NCBI GenBank assembly: GCA_044892505.1
Contig: CM097882.1
Location: forward strand, 184,202,001-184,266,000
Direction of reading: 5' to 3'
DNA length: 64,000 nt
Origin: Schmidtea nova
Lineage: Eukaryota
In this document: one piece after another, positions 46,561 to 60,115 of the stretch
Position numbering within the stretch: the stretch's first letter is position 1
How the letters are laid out: the number at the start of each line of letters is the position of its first letter
Notes under the pieces: generated by a model
What the model saw: the letters and a program-made list of their open reading frames with translations, nothing else
Told to the model about the DNA's origin: nothing
The model's database searches: none
Program-made: the position numbers and the translations under genes

Positions 46561-46616
46561 TCTCCTGCATAGCACTGATGAGAGCCAAAAGCTCGAAACT
46601 AGTCTGCTATTGGGGA
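46561..46616 (+). ncRNA. Type I hammerhead ribozyme, copy B (predicted cleavage after 46604)
   Basis: Intact CTGATGA and GAAA core, 4-bp stem II with a CAAAA loop, GTC triplet. Stem I is ATAGCA/TGCTAT, extended by TCTCC/GGGGA across a bulge. Confidence 0.9.
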
Positions 46617-46942
46617 TTTGCACTGGGTATCACAAAAAAAATCACAAGCTTTTTTTTGTTTAAAACAAAGAAGTCATCCGACAAATGTTTTTTTCAAAAG
46701 ATATTTCAAGAAATTGAAATAATGAAGCTAAGGCAGTCGGGTGCGCTTGCAAACAGTTTCTGTTGAACACTTTTAGTGCGCAGAGGTGAAAATGAAATTC
46801 ATACGCCATGTTTGCAAGTTACAGATTATCTGTAGGACCTTGCATATTCAAGTGATGTTTTATCCAGTGTACCAGGTATAGTATATAACAAAATCTTTCG
46901 ACTTTTTTTTATACTTACCTGGCGCGGAGAGAAATTTTCGCG

Positions 46943-46998
46943 TCTCCTGCATAGCACTGATGAGAGCCAAAAGCTCGAAACTAGTCTGCTATTGGGGA
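46943..46998 (+). ncRNA. Type I hammerhead ribozyme, copy C (predicted cleavage after 46986)
   Basis: Identical to copy B. Preceded by a perfect ATACTTACCTGG at 46911. Confidence 0.9.
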
Positions 46999-47614
46999 TT
47001 TGCACTGGGTATCACAAAAAAAATCANNNNNNNNNNNNNNNNNNNNNNNNNNNNNNNNNNNNNNNNNNNNNNNNNNNNNNNNNNNNNNNNNNNNNNNNNN
47101 NNNNNNNNNNNNNNNNNNNNNNNNNNNNNNNNNNNNNNNNNNNNNNNNNNNNNNNNNNNNNNNNNNNNNNNNNNNNNNNNNNNNNNNNNNNNNNNNNNNN
47201 NNNNNNNNNNNNNNNNNNNNNNNNNNNNNNNNNNNNNNNNNNNNNNNNNNNNNNNNNNNNNNNNNNNNNNNNAGGTGGGGGGAAGTATAGAAGTACCATA
47301 ATCTCAATATCAAACACAATTAATGTGCCCAGATATATTCATATTGCCAATTTCAGTTGATCTTTGTGATTAAATTAGATTTTGATTCACGGATAAAAAT
47401 CGCTTTACCATTGATTACTTATTTAAGACTCTAAAAATAAAAATATCTGATGAACGTAAGTAGGCACGCATGCGGAAATTTCCTTAGACCAAATCGGTTT
47501 CTATGCTGATTTTTGATACTTTAAAACAGTGTTGCACAAATACTAGGTTCCAACCACTTGGAATTTTGCTGGAAAATTATTGAGGATCACCGAAATTTCA
47601 AGTGATTTATATTA

Positions 47615-48700
47615 CAGTGAGCACTTGAATTACACAAAGTCTCGAATAACATATTGAAATGCGAGAACCCTCAAATAACGCGGTGATAATTTGAAATAAC
47701 CCTTGATTTACACTAAATATCTTTGGGAACACAGTAATTGTAGTAATATGTTAAACTTTTATTTTAATTGCAGTTTCTATTATTGAATTAATTGTAAATT
47801 ATAGAATACTTTCAATTTAGGTAAGCTTCTCGTAAAATATTTAGCTATTTATCATATTTTTTTTGAAAATGGATATTAAACCATAGATTTGAAATACCTA
47901 AAGAAAAATAAAAATTTACAAGACACGTAATTACTATTCATGAAAAAATAGTGTGTTTTATTATTGAAGTTGAAATCTATTTGAAAGAAAAAACTTAAAT
48001 TTCAAAGTTTTATTTGTGTTAGATAATGCCACACGTCATCCAATAGATCTTCAACATCCAAATGTCAAAATTATATTCCTCCCTTCAAATTTAACATCAC
48101 TAATTCAACCGTTAGATCAAGGTGTTATCACTACATTTAAAACACATTTTATACGGAAATCTTTTAAACGAATTTTAGATAAAATAGAGAAGATGAAAAT
48201 ATGACTCTTTCTAAAGCACAATATCATATGCCCAAAACAATATGAAACATTCAACAATTAAAGCAGGGTGGAATTCCATATTTCCACAGTTTGCCGATAA
48301 CCGCAATCAGATACTCAATATTGCGCACACTCTAGGTGGTGAGGGATTTGAGGATATGACCATCCAAGATCTTAATGAGTTATATCACGAGCCAACTTTG
48401 GATGAATTAGTGATTACACAGCCGTGAAAACACAGGCAGTTCTTTCGATGAGTTTTTTTATTAAAGAACGCTTACAGGCATTAATAAATTAGATTCACTT
48501 TTCTTGGAAAAGGATCCTTCATTGTCGCTCAGAAGAACCTTTAAAAACATTTTGCTAGCTCCATACGAGAAAATTTTAAAAATTTAATATTCATTAATAT
48601 TTTCCAATAGCAATTCCATTACAAATAAAACTATTTCTAGCGATGAGGACCTTCTCCTCATTAAGAGAAAAATAATTCGACCTTTAGAAGACAATAGTGA
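47615..48700 (+). mobile_element. pogo/Tigger-like remnant
   Basis: TA-CAGT start. ORF 48016-48204 reads LDNATRHP..FLPSNLTSLIQPLDQGVI (DDE_1 type). The end is uncertain. Confidence 0.8.
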
Positions 48701-49379
48701 TTAACTCTGACTTTTTCCACAAAGGTAACAACCGTAAATAATGCGAGTAGCCATATTCTAAGAAAATGACAATCCTTCATTAACATTACTCACTGTTATC
48801 ATTGTTGTGTGTCTAGTGTGAGTAGTCATATTCTGTGTGCGTGCGTGTGTACATGTGAGCATGCAGCATGTTGAAGGTGTTGGTGGTCTTTTTTCCCATT
48901 GCTGTTCATATTTGCATTGCAGACGTTCATTATAAACTGCAATATGTAAATAACTGCCTGACTGGAGACTTTTAGTAGGCTGGGGTACAATCGAAATATA
49001 TCGCGTTTATGTTGAATTTACTTAGTTGGCGTTTTTTTAAAGATTAATCTTTTAGTCTTTGATTGGCTGAGACACTACTGCCCGCAAATAAAATTGGTAT
49101 ACAAGTAAGTTTTAACAGTCACTTTTGACTCGTTACCCAATTACGGTATTTTATTCAACAGCTAATAGACTTTGATTTATTTATTTGCGATCGAACTTCG
49201 AAGAATGTGTGCAGCGGTGTTGTGATTTACAAAATATACATCGTAGCAAGATTTAGTGATTGTTTAAAATTTATTAATGCAATATATTTCAACAGCTTAG
49301 CTGTCATCATCAGGCTTTCACAATCTCAATAAAATAAAAAATTGATCTTAATTAAACGTACCTTAGGGTAGTTTGTTAA

Positions 49380-49950
49380 TTAGAAAGACAACATAATTGA
49401 TATAAAGTAATATGGTTTTTCGTTCTTCGACCAATCGGCAACTTGATAAAAAATACCATTTCTTATATAAGGTTTTCTAAAAATTAAAATAATTAAATTT
49501 GGAATTTTCCGGAACTCTCCTGAAAATAAATCTAATAATCACAGACAATTTTGATCATTGTTTTTGACCGTCGTCTTTGCCTAAAATAAATATTTTATTT
49601 TCTATGCTGATTTCAGCTGCTAAGCCCATTGGCTCCACAAAGTAATTTAATTAATTTATTAATTTTGTTTACCGCTCGGGGTTTCCATTACTTTGGGTTT
49701 CTCATTAGCTCAGGTTACCCATTAGCCAAATAAGTTTATTTATTATGTTTAATTTATTTGTGTTCTCTTAATATCTTTTTCAATGGAGACCCATTGATAT
49801 TTTATAATTAATTTCGTATTTGTATCACTATTTTTTCCCCACAAGGTATTGATTTTCAATTGATTTTGTATCTTTTATTAATTTATAAATTTTGCCCTTT
49901 TTATTGATTTGTACCCAGTTTTCTGGGCATTTAATTTTATTTTCACACCA
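49380..49950 (-). mobile_element. Highly decayed LTR related to the element 1 family
   Basis: GGGTTTCCATT/GGGTTTCTCATTAGCTC motif cluster followed by colinear similarity to the right part of LTR1. Confidence 0.6.
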
Positions 49951-50629
49951 ATTTAGATAACTAAACAACCACTTTTAAAAAACCATAAATGAATTATTAC
50001 TTTAGAGCAAAATCAACGAATTAAGTTATCCGTCAAAATTTTCTGTTTTACAATTAACATGAATAGTGAAATGGTCACATGTAATTTGTTTAAAATGTTT
50101 AACAAAATTTTAAATAACTAACAGTTATCTTTCGAATGCCGAATGTGTGTTGTTCAGTTTTTTTTAGAAAAAAAATTTAGATGTTTGTTAGTACCATAGC
50201 AGGATATTATTTTATGGTGACCAAAATAATTGTTGATTTTACCAGTAGTTACCCGTTGCAAGAAACGTTGGTGCTTTAGCTAATGGACGAAAATACTCGC
50301 AAAAAGTGAGCGTTGTTTGCTAAACTTTAATATTAGTTAATTCAAATTGTAAGGAGAAGCAAAATATATTTACTGACGAAGAATGGTAAGAGCCATAATT
50401 GACATATAATAAAATGCAAGGTAGACCGAGTACAACTCTTGAAATTCAGGTCATAAAATGAAATGTTTGTTAGATACGTGAACAAGAGTTAATGTGAATA
50501 AATTATAAAATATTGAAATAATAAGGAGAAACGAGAAATCAAGATGTGCAAACTGAGAGCAAACTGGAAACAGTAGGAAAGATACAAATTTATGTTAGAA
50601 TTGGTAATGTAGAAAGAAATGTAACAAGA

Positions 50630-52230
50630 ACCTTAGAAAGTATATGTGGAAATAGCATTGAAAAAAATTATTTGGACTGTGGAATGTGAAAAAGCCTTTG
50701 AAGAAATGAAAATAGCATTAACAACTGCACCGGTTCTTGTATTCCCAGATTTCAGGAAGGAATTTATATTAGATACAGACGCAAGTTTTGATACGATTGG
50801 GGCCGTTTTATCGCAAACTGATGAATTGGGGTACGAGCATGTTGTAGCATTTATTATTTTTGCCGTCATTTCAATCATTATTTATATGGTAAACGATTTG
50901 TCTTACGCAATGACCATAAAGCGATTACGACAACAAAGCCAATAACAGCACAATTCCAAACATGGATAAATTATTTAAGTAATTTGGACATAAAAATGGA
51001 GTTCAGAAAAGGTAATGCGCATACTAATGCAGATATGCTTTCTAGAAATATCTGTGGAAAATGTGTACAATGTGCGATGGAGCATGAAAATCCCAAATCA
51101 GGAAAATTAAAAACTAGGTTGTTAACTTTGATCACAGAAAATAATGGAGATGAATGGCAAAAGGATAATGCAGAGATACAAAATATAAAATATAGAATTA
51201 ATAGAAATGGAAAGGATAAATTTTATTTAAAAAATAATATAGTCTATACGAATAAAGACAAGATATGGATACCGGAAATTAAAAGACGAGAAATGATAAA
51301 GAAAACACATTTGCTATTATGCCATGCAGTGGTAGAAAAAGTAATGAAATACATTCTTAACAACTTTGATATGCAGGACTTGGCAAAGGAAATTAAGGCG
51401 ACTATCTCTACATGTTAATCATGCCAGAAAAACAAAAAGTTATGACCACAAAGTCTAAAGAAGAAACCAAAGTAATTCAAGCTTCTGAACCTCTCGAAGA
51501 AACATTAAGAAAAACATTCAAGGGAAATAAATATATTTGAGCTATAATTGATCATTACATTAAATATATTTCACTAACTGCTATTAGTAAACAGGATAAA
51601 AAAACAATAGGAAAAGTTTTGTTACAAAAATGGATACGTAAATATTGGGCACCTAAAGAATTACATGTAGATTGCGGAAAGAATTTTGAAGCAAATAGCA
51701 TTAAAAACTGGGGAAAACAGTAGGTATAGAGTTAATATTTTAAAGTCCGTATCAGCACTATATCAATGGTTTAGTTGAAAGACAGTTTCGAACTATTAGA
51801 TATTATATTAGCACATCATTAAATGATGGAATGAAGAAAAATTGGGCAGAATTATTACCTTATATATAATACACTTTAAATGCGACAGCTCAGAGAACTA
51901 CTGGAGTTAGCCCAACTGAAATTACTTTTGGAAGAAAGAATAATAGATTGCAGTGGTATAGTAATAATAAAATAAATAGAGAAGACATTATGCAGAGATT
52001 AAAGGATAAAAGACAGGAAGAGGAAGTCAAAACAAAAAGAGAATTAGAAGTTGGAGAAAGAGTGTTAGTAATAAAGAAAATTCGAAATAAAGACCACGAG
52101 GTGTATGAAGGTTCATATACAGTAAAAAACAAATTCATGAAAGAAGTTACTTATTAAAAGACAAGAATGGGAAGATTAATCAGAAATATCGAAAGGATAA
52201 AATATTTTAAAGAATGGGTATGTAAGGAGT
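50630..52230 (+). pseudogene. Decayed Gypsy pol fragment (connection-RNaseH-integrase)
   Basis: ALTTAPVLVFPDF..FILDTDAS..IGAVLSQ, RKGNAHTNADMLSR, HAVVEK..STC, PKELHVDCGKNF. Many stops. Confidence 0.85.
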
Positions 52231-53015
52231 TTCAAAACTCCTTTTAAATTAAAAATAATTTAATTGATTAATTTAACAATAAACATTTTACATATCCTAC
52301 ATTAATATAATTTTAAATATATATGGCCAATATCATCATTAATATTAGAATTACAAATGCCTCAGTTGTTCGGACGCGCTTCGTATAAATATTGCCTTAT
52401 GGAATTATTATTATTCAACAATTTCGTAAATTCTGGAAACTGTTTTTTATATTCTCATAATTTACTTATTATTTATGAATTATGAAAAAAATGAAACTGA
52501 ATGAACAATTTAAAATAAAAATATCCTATATCACGAAAATAAAATAATTATTAATTCACTAAAGCCTTAGATTAAAATGTCTAAATACAACCTAAATACA
52601 ATACTAACCATCTAACTTAGCTTTAGGGATTTTTGAATATAGGAAGCAATATCTAATTTTTGCAAGTATTTCAATATTGGAAAATATGTTCGAATTCCGG
52701 ATTAATCGAGAGAAAAAATTAAAGACAGTGATATCTTGACAATTATTAAATTCAAATAACCTATACCTTTGTTTTTATTATTCAGTACGTGATATTTTTA
52801 GAAAAATTTAACCATTCTCAATTCAACAAATAACAAAATTACCATTTACAGTGAAGTATCTCATCAATTTCATTTATACAAGCCTTTTTTAAATAATAAA
52901 AATTCTTAAAAATGAAGTTAGCTTTAATAAAAACAAAGACGAATCTAATTCAATAAAAAGCCAAATTCAACAAATAAAGCAAACGACATATATTGATCAG
53001 CTTCATAAAACGATA

Positions 53016-56000
53016 TTAATTCTCATTCATATTTCCTCTATTTCCTCCGACAGATATAAGACGCTTATTGTTGGAACTACTTACTTGACCATGACCTCGC
53101 ATGTCTCCCCTATTTAGGTAGTTTCCTCGCCTTAAAAATCCTGCAGAACTGCCACGACTATAATTTCCACGAAATTGGCCCCTCCGATTTCCCCAGCGAT
53201 TTCCTCGAGTATTTCTATTGTAATTTGAATCACCAAACGTTTCGGTATTGCTCCTTCTTTCATTTCTCCTTTCACTTAAAAACATTTGAATTTATGTAAT
53301 GAAGTAAAAGATTTGAAAAAACTAAATTCATACGAAAAATAATTAAACTTATACCAAAAATCACAGCATTAACAAACTGCATGGGACCAGAAGTATTATT
53401 GTTCGAGAATGAAAAAAAATTAATTAATTTTCATAAAAATCTTTGATTTTCATTCTTGTTAGAATATATGTGACTTATATTAGGTTGTCCGGAATGAAAT
53501 GTCCGCTAATTGGATTATAATTCAAAATACGTGCAAATATATTTAAACATTTATCATTTAATCAAAATATTATCCATCAGCATTAATACACTCTTGCCAT
53601 CGTTGCGGCAGCTTTTCTATACCTTAAATAAGTCTCATGTCTTAAGTCCAAGAAAGTGATAACTGTCGATTTTATCTCCTCCAAATCTTTGAACTTCCTG
53701 TCCTTGATAAAAAGACTTAAATGTCTAAATAAGTGAAATCAGCTAGTGATAGATCGGGTGAGTAAGACGGATGCGGTAAAATTTCAAATCCTAAGTCGTG
53801 AAATTTTTTTACAGTGACTTTCGATACGCGAGGCCCGGCGTTATCATGCAGGATAATTGGACTTTTCTATTAACAATTGCACGCATTTTTTCTAGTGCTA
53901 TCCAGTATCGTTCAGAATTGATTGTTGTACCCATTTTCAGAAAACAATAATGCATTACACCATTCTTAGGCCACCAGACTGAGAGCATGACTTTCTTTTG
54001 GTGCAGTTCCAGTTTTGGAATGTTATTTGGGCATTGACGTTTATCCAATCTTTCTCCTGACCACTTACGATTACCATATCGAATCCATTTTCATCGTAGA
54101 TAATATTATTAAGAAAAGATGACTTTCGATGTCGTGCTTGAAGGGATAAGCAAATTTGTAATCTGTTTAAGTTTTGCAATTCATTTAATTCATGTGGGAC
54201 CCATTTTGAAGCGCTGTGACCATAACAATTGTCTTTAAATTGTCATGAACGGTTGTTTTTAGGCAGACAGATCTATAGCAAGTTCTCGAACAGATTTTGT
54301 TGAATTTTGAGCAACAGCTTCACGTAAATCTTCCTCCGACTGCTTGATATTGGGTCTACCGCGAGGCATATTTTCAATATCAATTTCTCCGTCATCAAAT
54401 CATTTAATCCAACGCCTAATAGTTCTTTTATTAACTGTATTGCTCCCAAACGCATTATTAATATTCCTCTCCGCCTCAACTGAATTGTTCTTCGATTTCC
54501 ACTCATTATTATATGTAATCATATAATAATATGGTAACAATAGTAAGCCTTCTCCTCAATGTTTATTAAATGAAATATTTCGATCTTGAAAAGATCCTGA
54601 TCACTCCAATACGAAATTCTTTCCAATTGACTTCCCACTTCTTTCTGGATATTTTCTTTTTCCTGAATTCTGATTTAATGTTGATTATCAAAACAATTTA
54701 AGATTTATTCTTGGCATAAATTAAATTATTAATATTAATAATTTTCATAATGATATGACTATAGATCAAAATTTTTTTAAGCAAGTACACAATATTTCGG
54801 CACAGCCTTTATCAATACACGCTTGATAAAGGCTGTGTCGAAATATTGTGTACTTGCTTAAAGAAATTTTGATATTTAGTCATATCATTATGAAAATTAT
54901 TAATATTAATACTAAAAAATCAAAGATGAAACAAAAAAATAATTATGATAAATTAATATTTTTATATTTTTTAATTTTTAATAATTAGAGCGTTCTTTGT
55001 TAAAAAATTTTTAAAAACTCAGAGAATCAGTCTTTTTTTAATTAGAGCATTTAAAAAAATTAAAAACTACTATACACAAAATAAAAATAATTCTTTCAAT
55101 AAAAAGCTCTTTTTTTATGAATTTCTCAAAGACAAATTTTACTTTTAATTTTTAAAATCTTTCTCCGTATTTAATCACTAATTAACGCTAAATAGGATCA
55201 ATATTTATTTTAATGAATTTGATTGTTGCAAAAATATTTATATGGATTTTTTTCCTTTTATTTTCTTCTGTTTTGTTAACTTTCTTTTAATTTATATCGA
55301 GTTAATTTTTCGAAAAATGAATTAAACATATTTTGTTTTTAAATACGTTTTTCTTATTTTGTTGATAACTTTAACTATCGCTGACTTGAATGAAATGAGG
55401 TTTTTTTGTCTACCGAAAATACCGGCAATGGTATCAATAACGGTTTTAAAGAAACTCTTCAGTACACCGTGTTTCACTGACGTTTCTCGCCTATAATACA
55501 CGTGAGTGAAATGGTCCAGGGTAATTACTCACGGTTATTATTCATTTTTAAAAATTTTGATGCATTAGTCATTTTAAAATGGCTTTCAGGTAATTTTATT
55601 TATTAGGATAACTATTAAGGCTTTTATTTTGATTTCATAACAGTATGAGATCATTTTAAAAGCTTTAAAAGGTTGTCTTTTATCAATAATTTTCATTTAA
55701 TTTAATTTCTAATTACATTTAGTAAATTTTTATGATTTTTTTGGAATTATTCACATCCAAGGCAAGTAAAAAATCATTAATTACATTAATCTCCAAGGAT
55801 TTCAATTTTTTGAAAACATTTTGAAAAAAATCTGCGAATATGAATGAAAAAATTTCTAAATCTTAATAGTCATCTTTATTTAATTCCTTCTCAAGAGCAT
55901 TTTTCACCAAACAAAATTTGTCTTGAAAAGACATTGTTGATAAGCCATTTGATCGTGAGATAGTCTTCCGTAAAGTGCATTAGATTTTGCTAAATACACT

Positions 56001-57520
56001 TTCAATGGGGTTAAAAAAGGGCTATACGGTGGTAGACTATCAACGAAATTGTTTTCGGATATTGCTCCACCATGTATCGAAGCATTATCATGTATTAAAT
56101 GATATCATATATCATCCAATTTGGAAGTTAATTCTTGGATGAAAATTCTGGGAAAATATAAATTTATTCTAACTTAAATTATATTACTTACGATGTTATT
56201 TCATCACTTTCACGAAATCACATTTCATTTAAAAAATTTTTAATTTTTAATTTATGATTTTTCTGATGATTAAAATCTTGTGTGATATTATAGAATGAAA
56301 CAAAAAGCGCATCTGAAAGTTTACATCTGTTTTTTTCTATCTCTGTCTACGACATAATAAATGATACGATTCAGTTAAACAGCAATGGATAAGGTACAGG
56401 TAGATGTGTATTTTTCTATATTATAAGTTTACTGATTATTATAGGTAAGAAACGTCAGTGAAACACGGTGTACTATACATTCTAGTTACATGTAAAATTG
56501 ATTATAATAAATAAAAAATGAGTTCAACGGTCGATGTCGGGTAAATAAAATAAAATTTCAATGTCAACGGGTCTCGGTAATGGATTATCGAACACAGGGA
56601 GTCAGATAAATAAGTTTCTACCGAAAATTATTAAATTCAGCAATAGTTTATGAATAAGATTAATGAAGAAGCTATTAATAAACCTGTTTGTTCGCTCAGA
56701 TGTTTCTGAACTGATATTATCAAAGAATGATTTTGATTTGTCATAATAAAGTTTGTCTTCTGCGTAATCAGGCAAATTTTGATCGGATACTTCCTTAGAT
56801 TCAGACAGGTTTCTCACACGATTTTCGTCATTTGAAACATTTATATTTGCCAATTCTTCAGCTAGAATAGCATTTGAAGATTCAAAGTCAAAATCATCTT
56901 TAATAGGTTCGATTGTGACTTCTCGGTTGTTCCGATAGCCTCGGTTATTTGGTATTCCATTTCCATTGTTGCCACTAAATTGTGACCCTCGTCTAGAGTC
57001 TTGATTTCTCATTCCTCGTTGTCTTTGACTGCCTCGTCGATAATTAGAATTTTCTCGGAATTCATCATTGAGATAAGTGTCATATTTAAAATTTTGATCA
57101 CGCTTCAGAAAATTATGATAATCATTTGCAGCAATTTTATCCATATCAAATTTTTCATCTTTTTCTTTATTTAATTCAGATTTATCTTGAGTTCGTGGAG
57201 TCTGAATAGGTTTATTTTCCGACAGACCTAATGTTTCACGATCTAATGATTTGGAATTAAGCAAATGAGTGTTCATTATTCTATTATCATTTTGATTTGG
57301 CTTTGAATGAAATCCCGATGGGGATCTTTCCTGATTTTGTGAATGAATATCGGGTACACCAACGTCAATTCCTAGATAAATTGATTGACAATTATCTAAA
57401 TAAAAATTACTCATAATACCAACCATGTTGAGCGATTGAAACATGAGGCGATTGATTGGTGAAGTTGGGTGACATCTAATAAATAATGTAATGTAAAACA
57501 CTATATTTCTGATTATTTTC

Positions 57521-57608
<88 letters not shown>

Positions 57609-60075
57609 CGTGGGGAGCTTTACTAAAAGTTATTTAGAAACAAGGTAATTTTACTATTAAAAGTAGAATTTATTTGAACTACTTTAATTTTACTACGTTT
57701 ACATGTGACCTACTTAACTTTATAAAATTTAAATTAACCTACATAAATTTGGACCTAAACCCACCCTTAAGATCTCCTTAAAGTAACTGTGATTCGACAT
57801 TAAAGCGACATACTGTTTGGTTTCCCTGGCAAAAAAACAACCACTTGGTTACCATGGAAACCCATGGCTTACTTTCTAAGAGAAGTATGTTGTAATTCTA
57901 ACGTCTAACAACTATTTTATTTATTATCGAAGACAACTTAAATATAAACTAAATATTCAAATTATTATTTAAAAAATTAATCAAAGTAACTATTTAAGTA
58001 AAATATAATAATTGAACTCAATTGTATTAATATCAAAATTTAAAATGTTTATATTGTTTTAATCTTAAAAGAATTTTTTTTTAAATGGATGATCTAATCT
58101 AATTGTTTTTAACAACCATGAATCATAGAACTTGCGCATTATTTAACTGACTTTTATCACAGAAATATAAGAATTAAGCTGTTTTCGAACTTGCTTATTC
58201 ATCCAAATATTACTTTATAGACTATATTATTGTAAAGTTAATAGACTGGACAAAATAAAGGAAATATTTTTCCCGAAGTCACGCAAATAAATGCAAAATT
58301 ATGTAAAATTTATTCTGAAATTTTCCTTTATTTTTTAAAAATCTAAATAAAAAATTAAAAAACTTGGTACTATATAATAAAATGAAAATTTACAAAATAG
58401 AAAAGAATAGATCGAATGTGAACAAAATAAAATTTTTTTATTTTATAACATTAAGTTTTAACGAAGTTAATTTTTTCTAAATTGTCCAACCACAAAATAC
58501 TATTGAAGTCAATTATTTTTAGAACCCAAATTTTAATTGATAAAATTCGCTAACATTGATTAAAGCTAGTAAAAAATACGCTAATTTTTTAGGATGTAAA
58601 ATACTTATTTCCCATTTATCTAAAATATTTAATTATGATAAAATTTGACTCAATTCTACTTAGTTTTGTAACAGTAGCCTCACATATGTTTATGTCTAAT
58701 ATATAAAATGCTAAGTAATGAAGATGAAAAAATGACAGCATGAAAAGGAATCTGTAAATTGAAAAAACATTAAGTAAAATTTTTCAAAATAAAATTATTA
58801 GTGTAAAAAAATAAATATTTGTATTGTTTTTAATTTTTTTTAATTTCAACATTTTTCGAAGGCTGTCAAAAAAATCGTAAACCAGTTATTATATTGACTA
58901 ACCTAAAGATCTTGAATAATGGATTAGCAATTTATGAGTATATGGTGTATTTGAGTGATCAATATAACTTCAAAATGAAGATTAAAATTAATATTTATTT
59001 TGATTTTTATGAAAAAAAATATTCTTATTTAGTTAAAATATTTGCTAATCTACTGAATCATATCAGATGCTCCTTTCTATGCTGAAGAACATGCCTAACA
59101 AAAATAAGGACGCAGCTGCGGCTGCGATAAAATTGAAAAAAAAAATCCTCTGATTATTTTAATTAATTAATCTTGTTTCTGTTGTACCGAGGTTCCGTGA
59201 TGTTAGGTATTTAGAATTTTATCAAACAACAAATCTATCGATGATATGAGTGACTCTTCGTAACAAAATGATTTATCTTAAAAATGGGTCTTTCAGAACA
59301 GAGATAATTCATAATCAGTATCCAATTACATTACCAACAGCCAAATCAAGAAAAATATATAATGAGTAGACTACACCTACAACAGACGTAATTATAATTT
59401 GTATTCATTATGTTTTTATATGCAATGTTTACAATCGTTATATTTAATTAAGTATATACCAAACCATTACTATGCGTTTCATTAAAATTTTGGTTGACAT
59501 TCAATGGTTTTGAACGATGAAAAATAAATTTATGTGCAACGAATGTTCATCAGATAGTAATTATAAGAAAATTTTAAAGTTCCAAGCTTGAAAATTTGAC
59601 AAGCGTATTTCAGTGTTCAAATTATAACCGCACATTGATTATCTTTATTGCCTTACATTTTATTAATAATAATTACACGAAAATAATTAATTTTCTTCTT
59701 GATTAATTCTGTTTGAAACAGTACGTGGTGGTAGTGGAACCAATTAATCTCACTAAAATAAGTATTTTTATTCTGAAAAAAGTGAAAAATTTGGAAAAAT
59801 AGATTACGTAATTACTATAATGGAATTTTTACTAATCTTAATTTTCGAAAATGTAATAGTTAAAAATAAATAATCAATTTTTAAGGCTAAATAAAACATT
59901 TGAAAAATGCAAAATCCAGATATTTAGTTAGTAACTTAACATCTAATAACGGATCATTAACATCGTTATTTTTATCCACATTTGATCTTTATTTTTGATA
60001 AATTTCAGTTATTTTCATATTTTTTTTAAAAAACTAGCCCAAAATTCTTATTATTGATAGACGAATTTATATTTG

Positions 60076-60115
<40 letters not shown>

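Larger units (their letters stand above)
46474..47026 (+). repeat. 382-bp tandem repeat (retrozyme-like), running into an assembly gap
   Basis: TCCAGTGTACCAGG recurs at 46481 and 46863. Confidence 0.93.
46303..47297. mobile_element. Non-autonomous Merlin-like element enclosing the hammerhead array
   Basis: 25-26 bp TIRs starting GGTAC (46303-46328 and 47273-47297). 8-bp TSD ATAATCTC at 46295-46302 and 47298-47305. Spans the N gap 47027-47272. Confidence 0.8.

Noticed and set aside
46529-46700. Canonical U1 snRNA gene
   Set aside because: No U1-70K loop (GAUCACGAAG), no conserved Sm site or SL4, and a hammerhead interrupts the sequence.
46960-47360. ORFs spanning N runs (also 15190-16926)
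   Set aside because: Artefacts of translating assembly gaps.
59050-59400. Extra LSM14 exon or nested gene
   Set aside because: No frame resembles LSM14 or stays open, and it could not be assigned.
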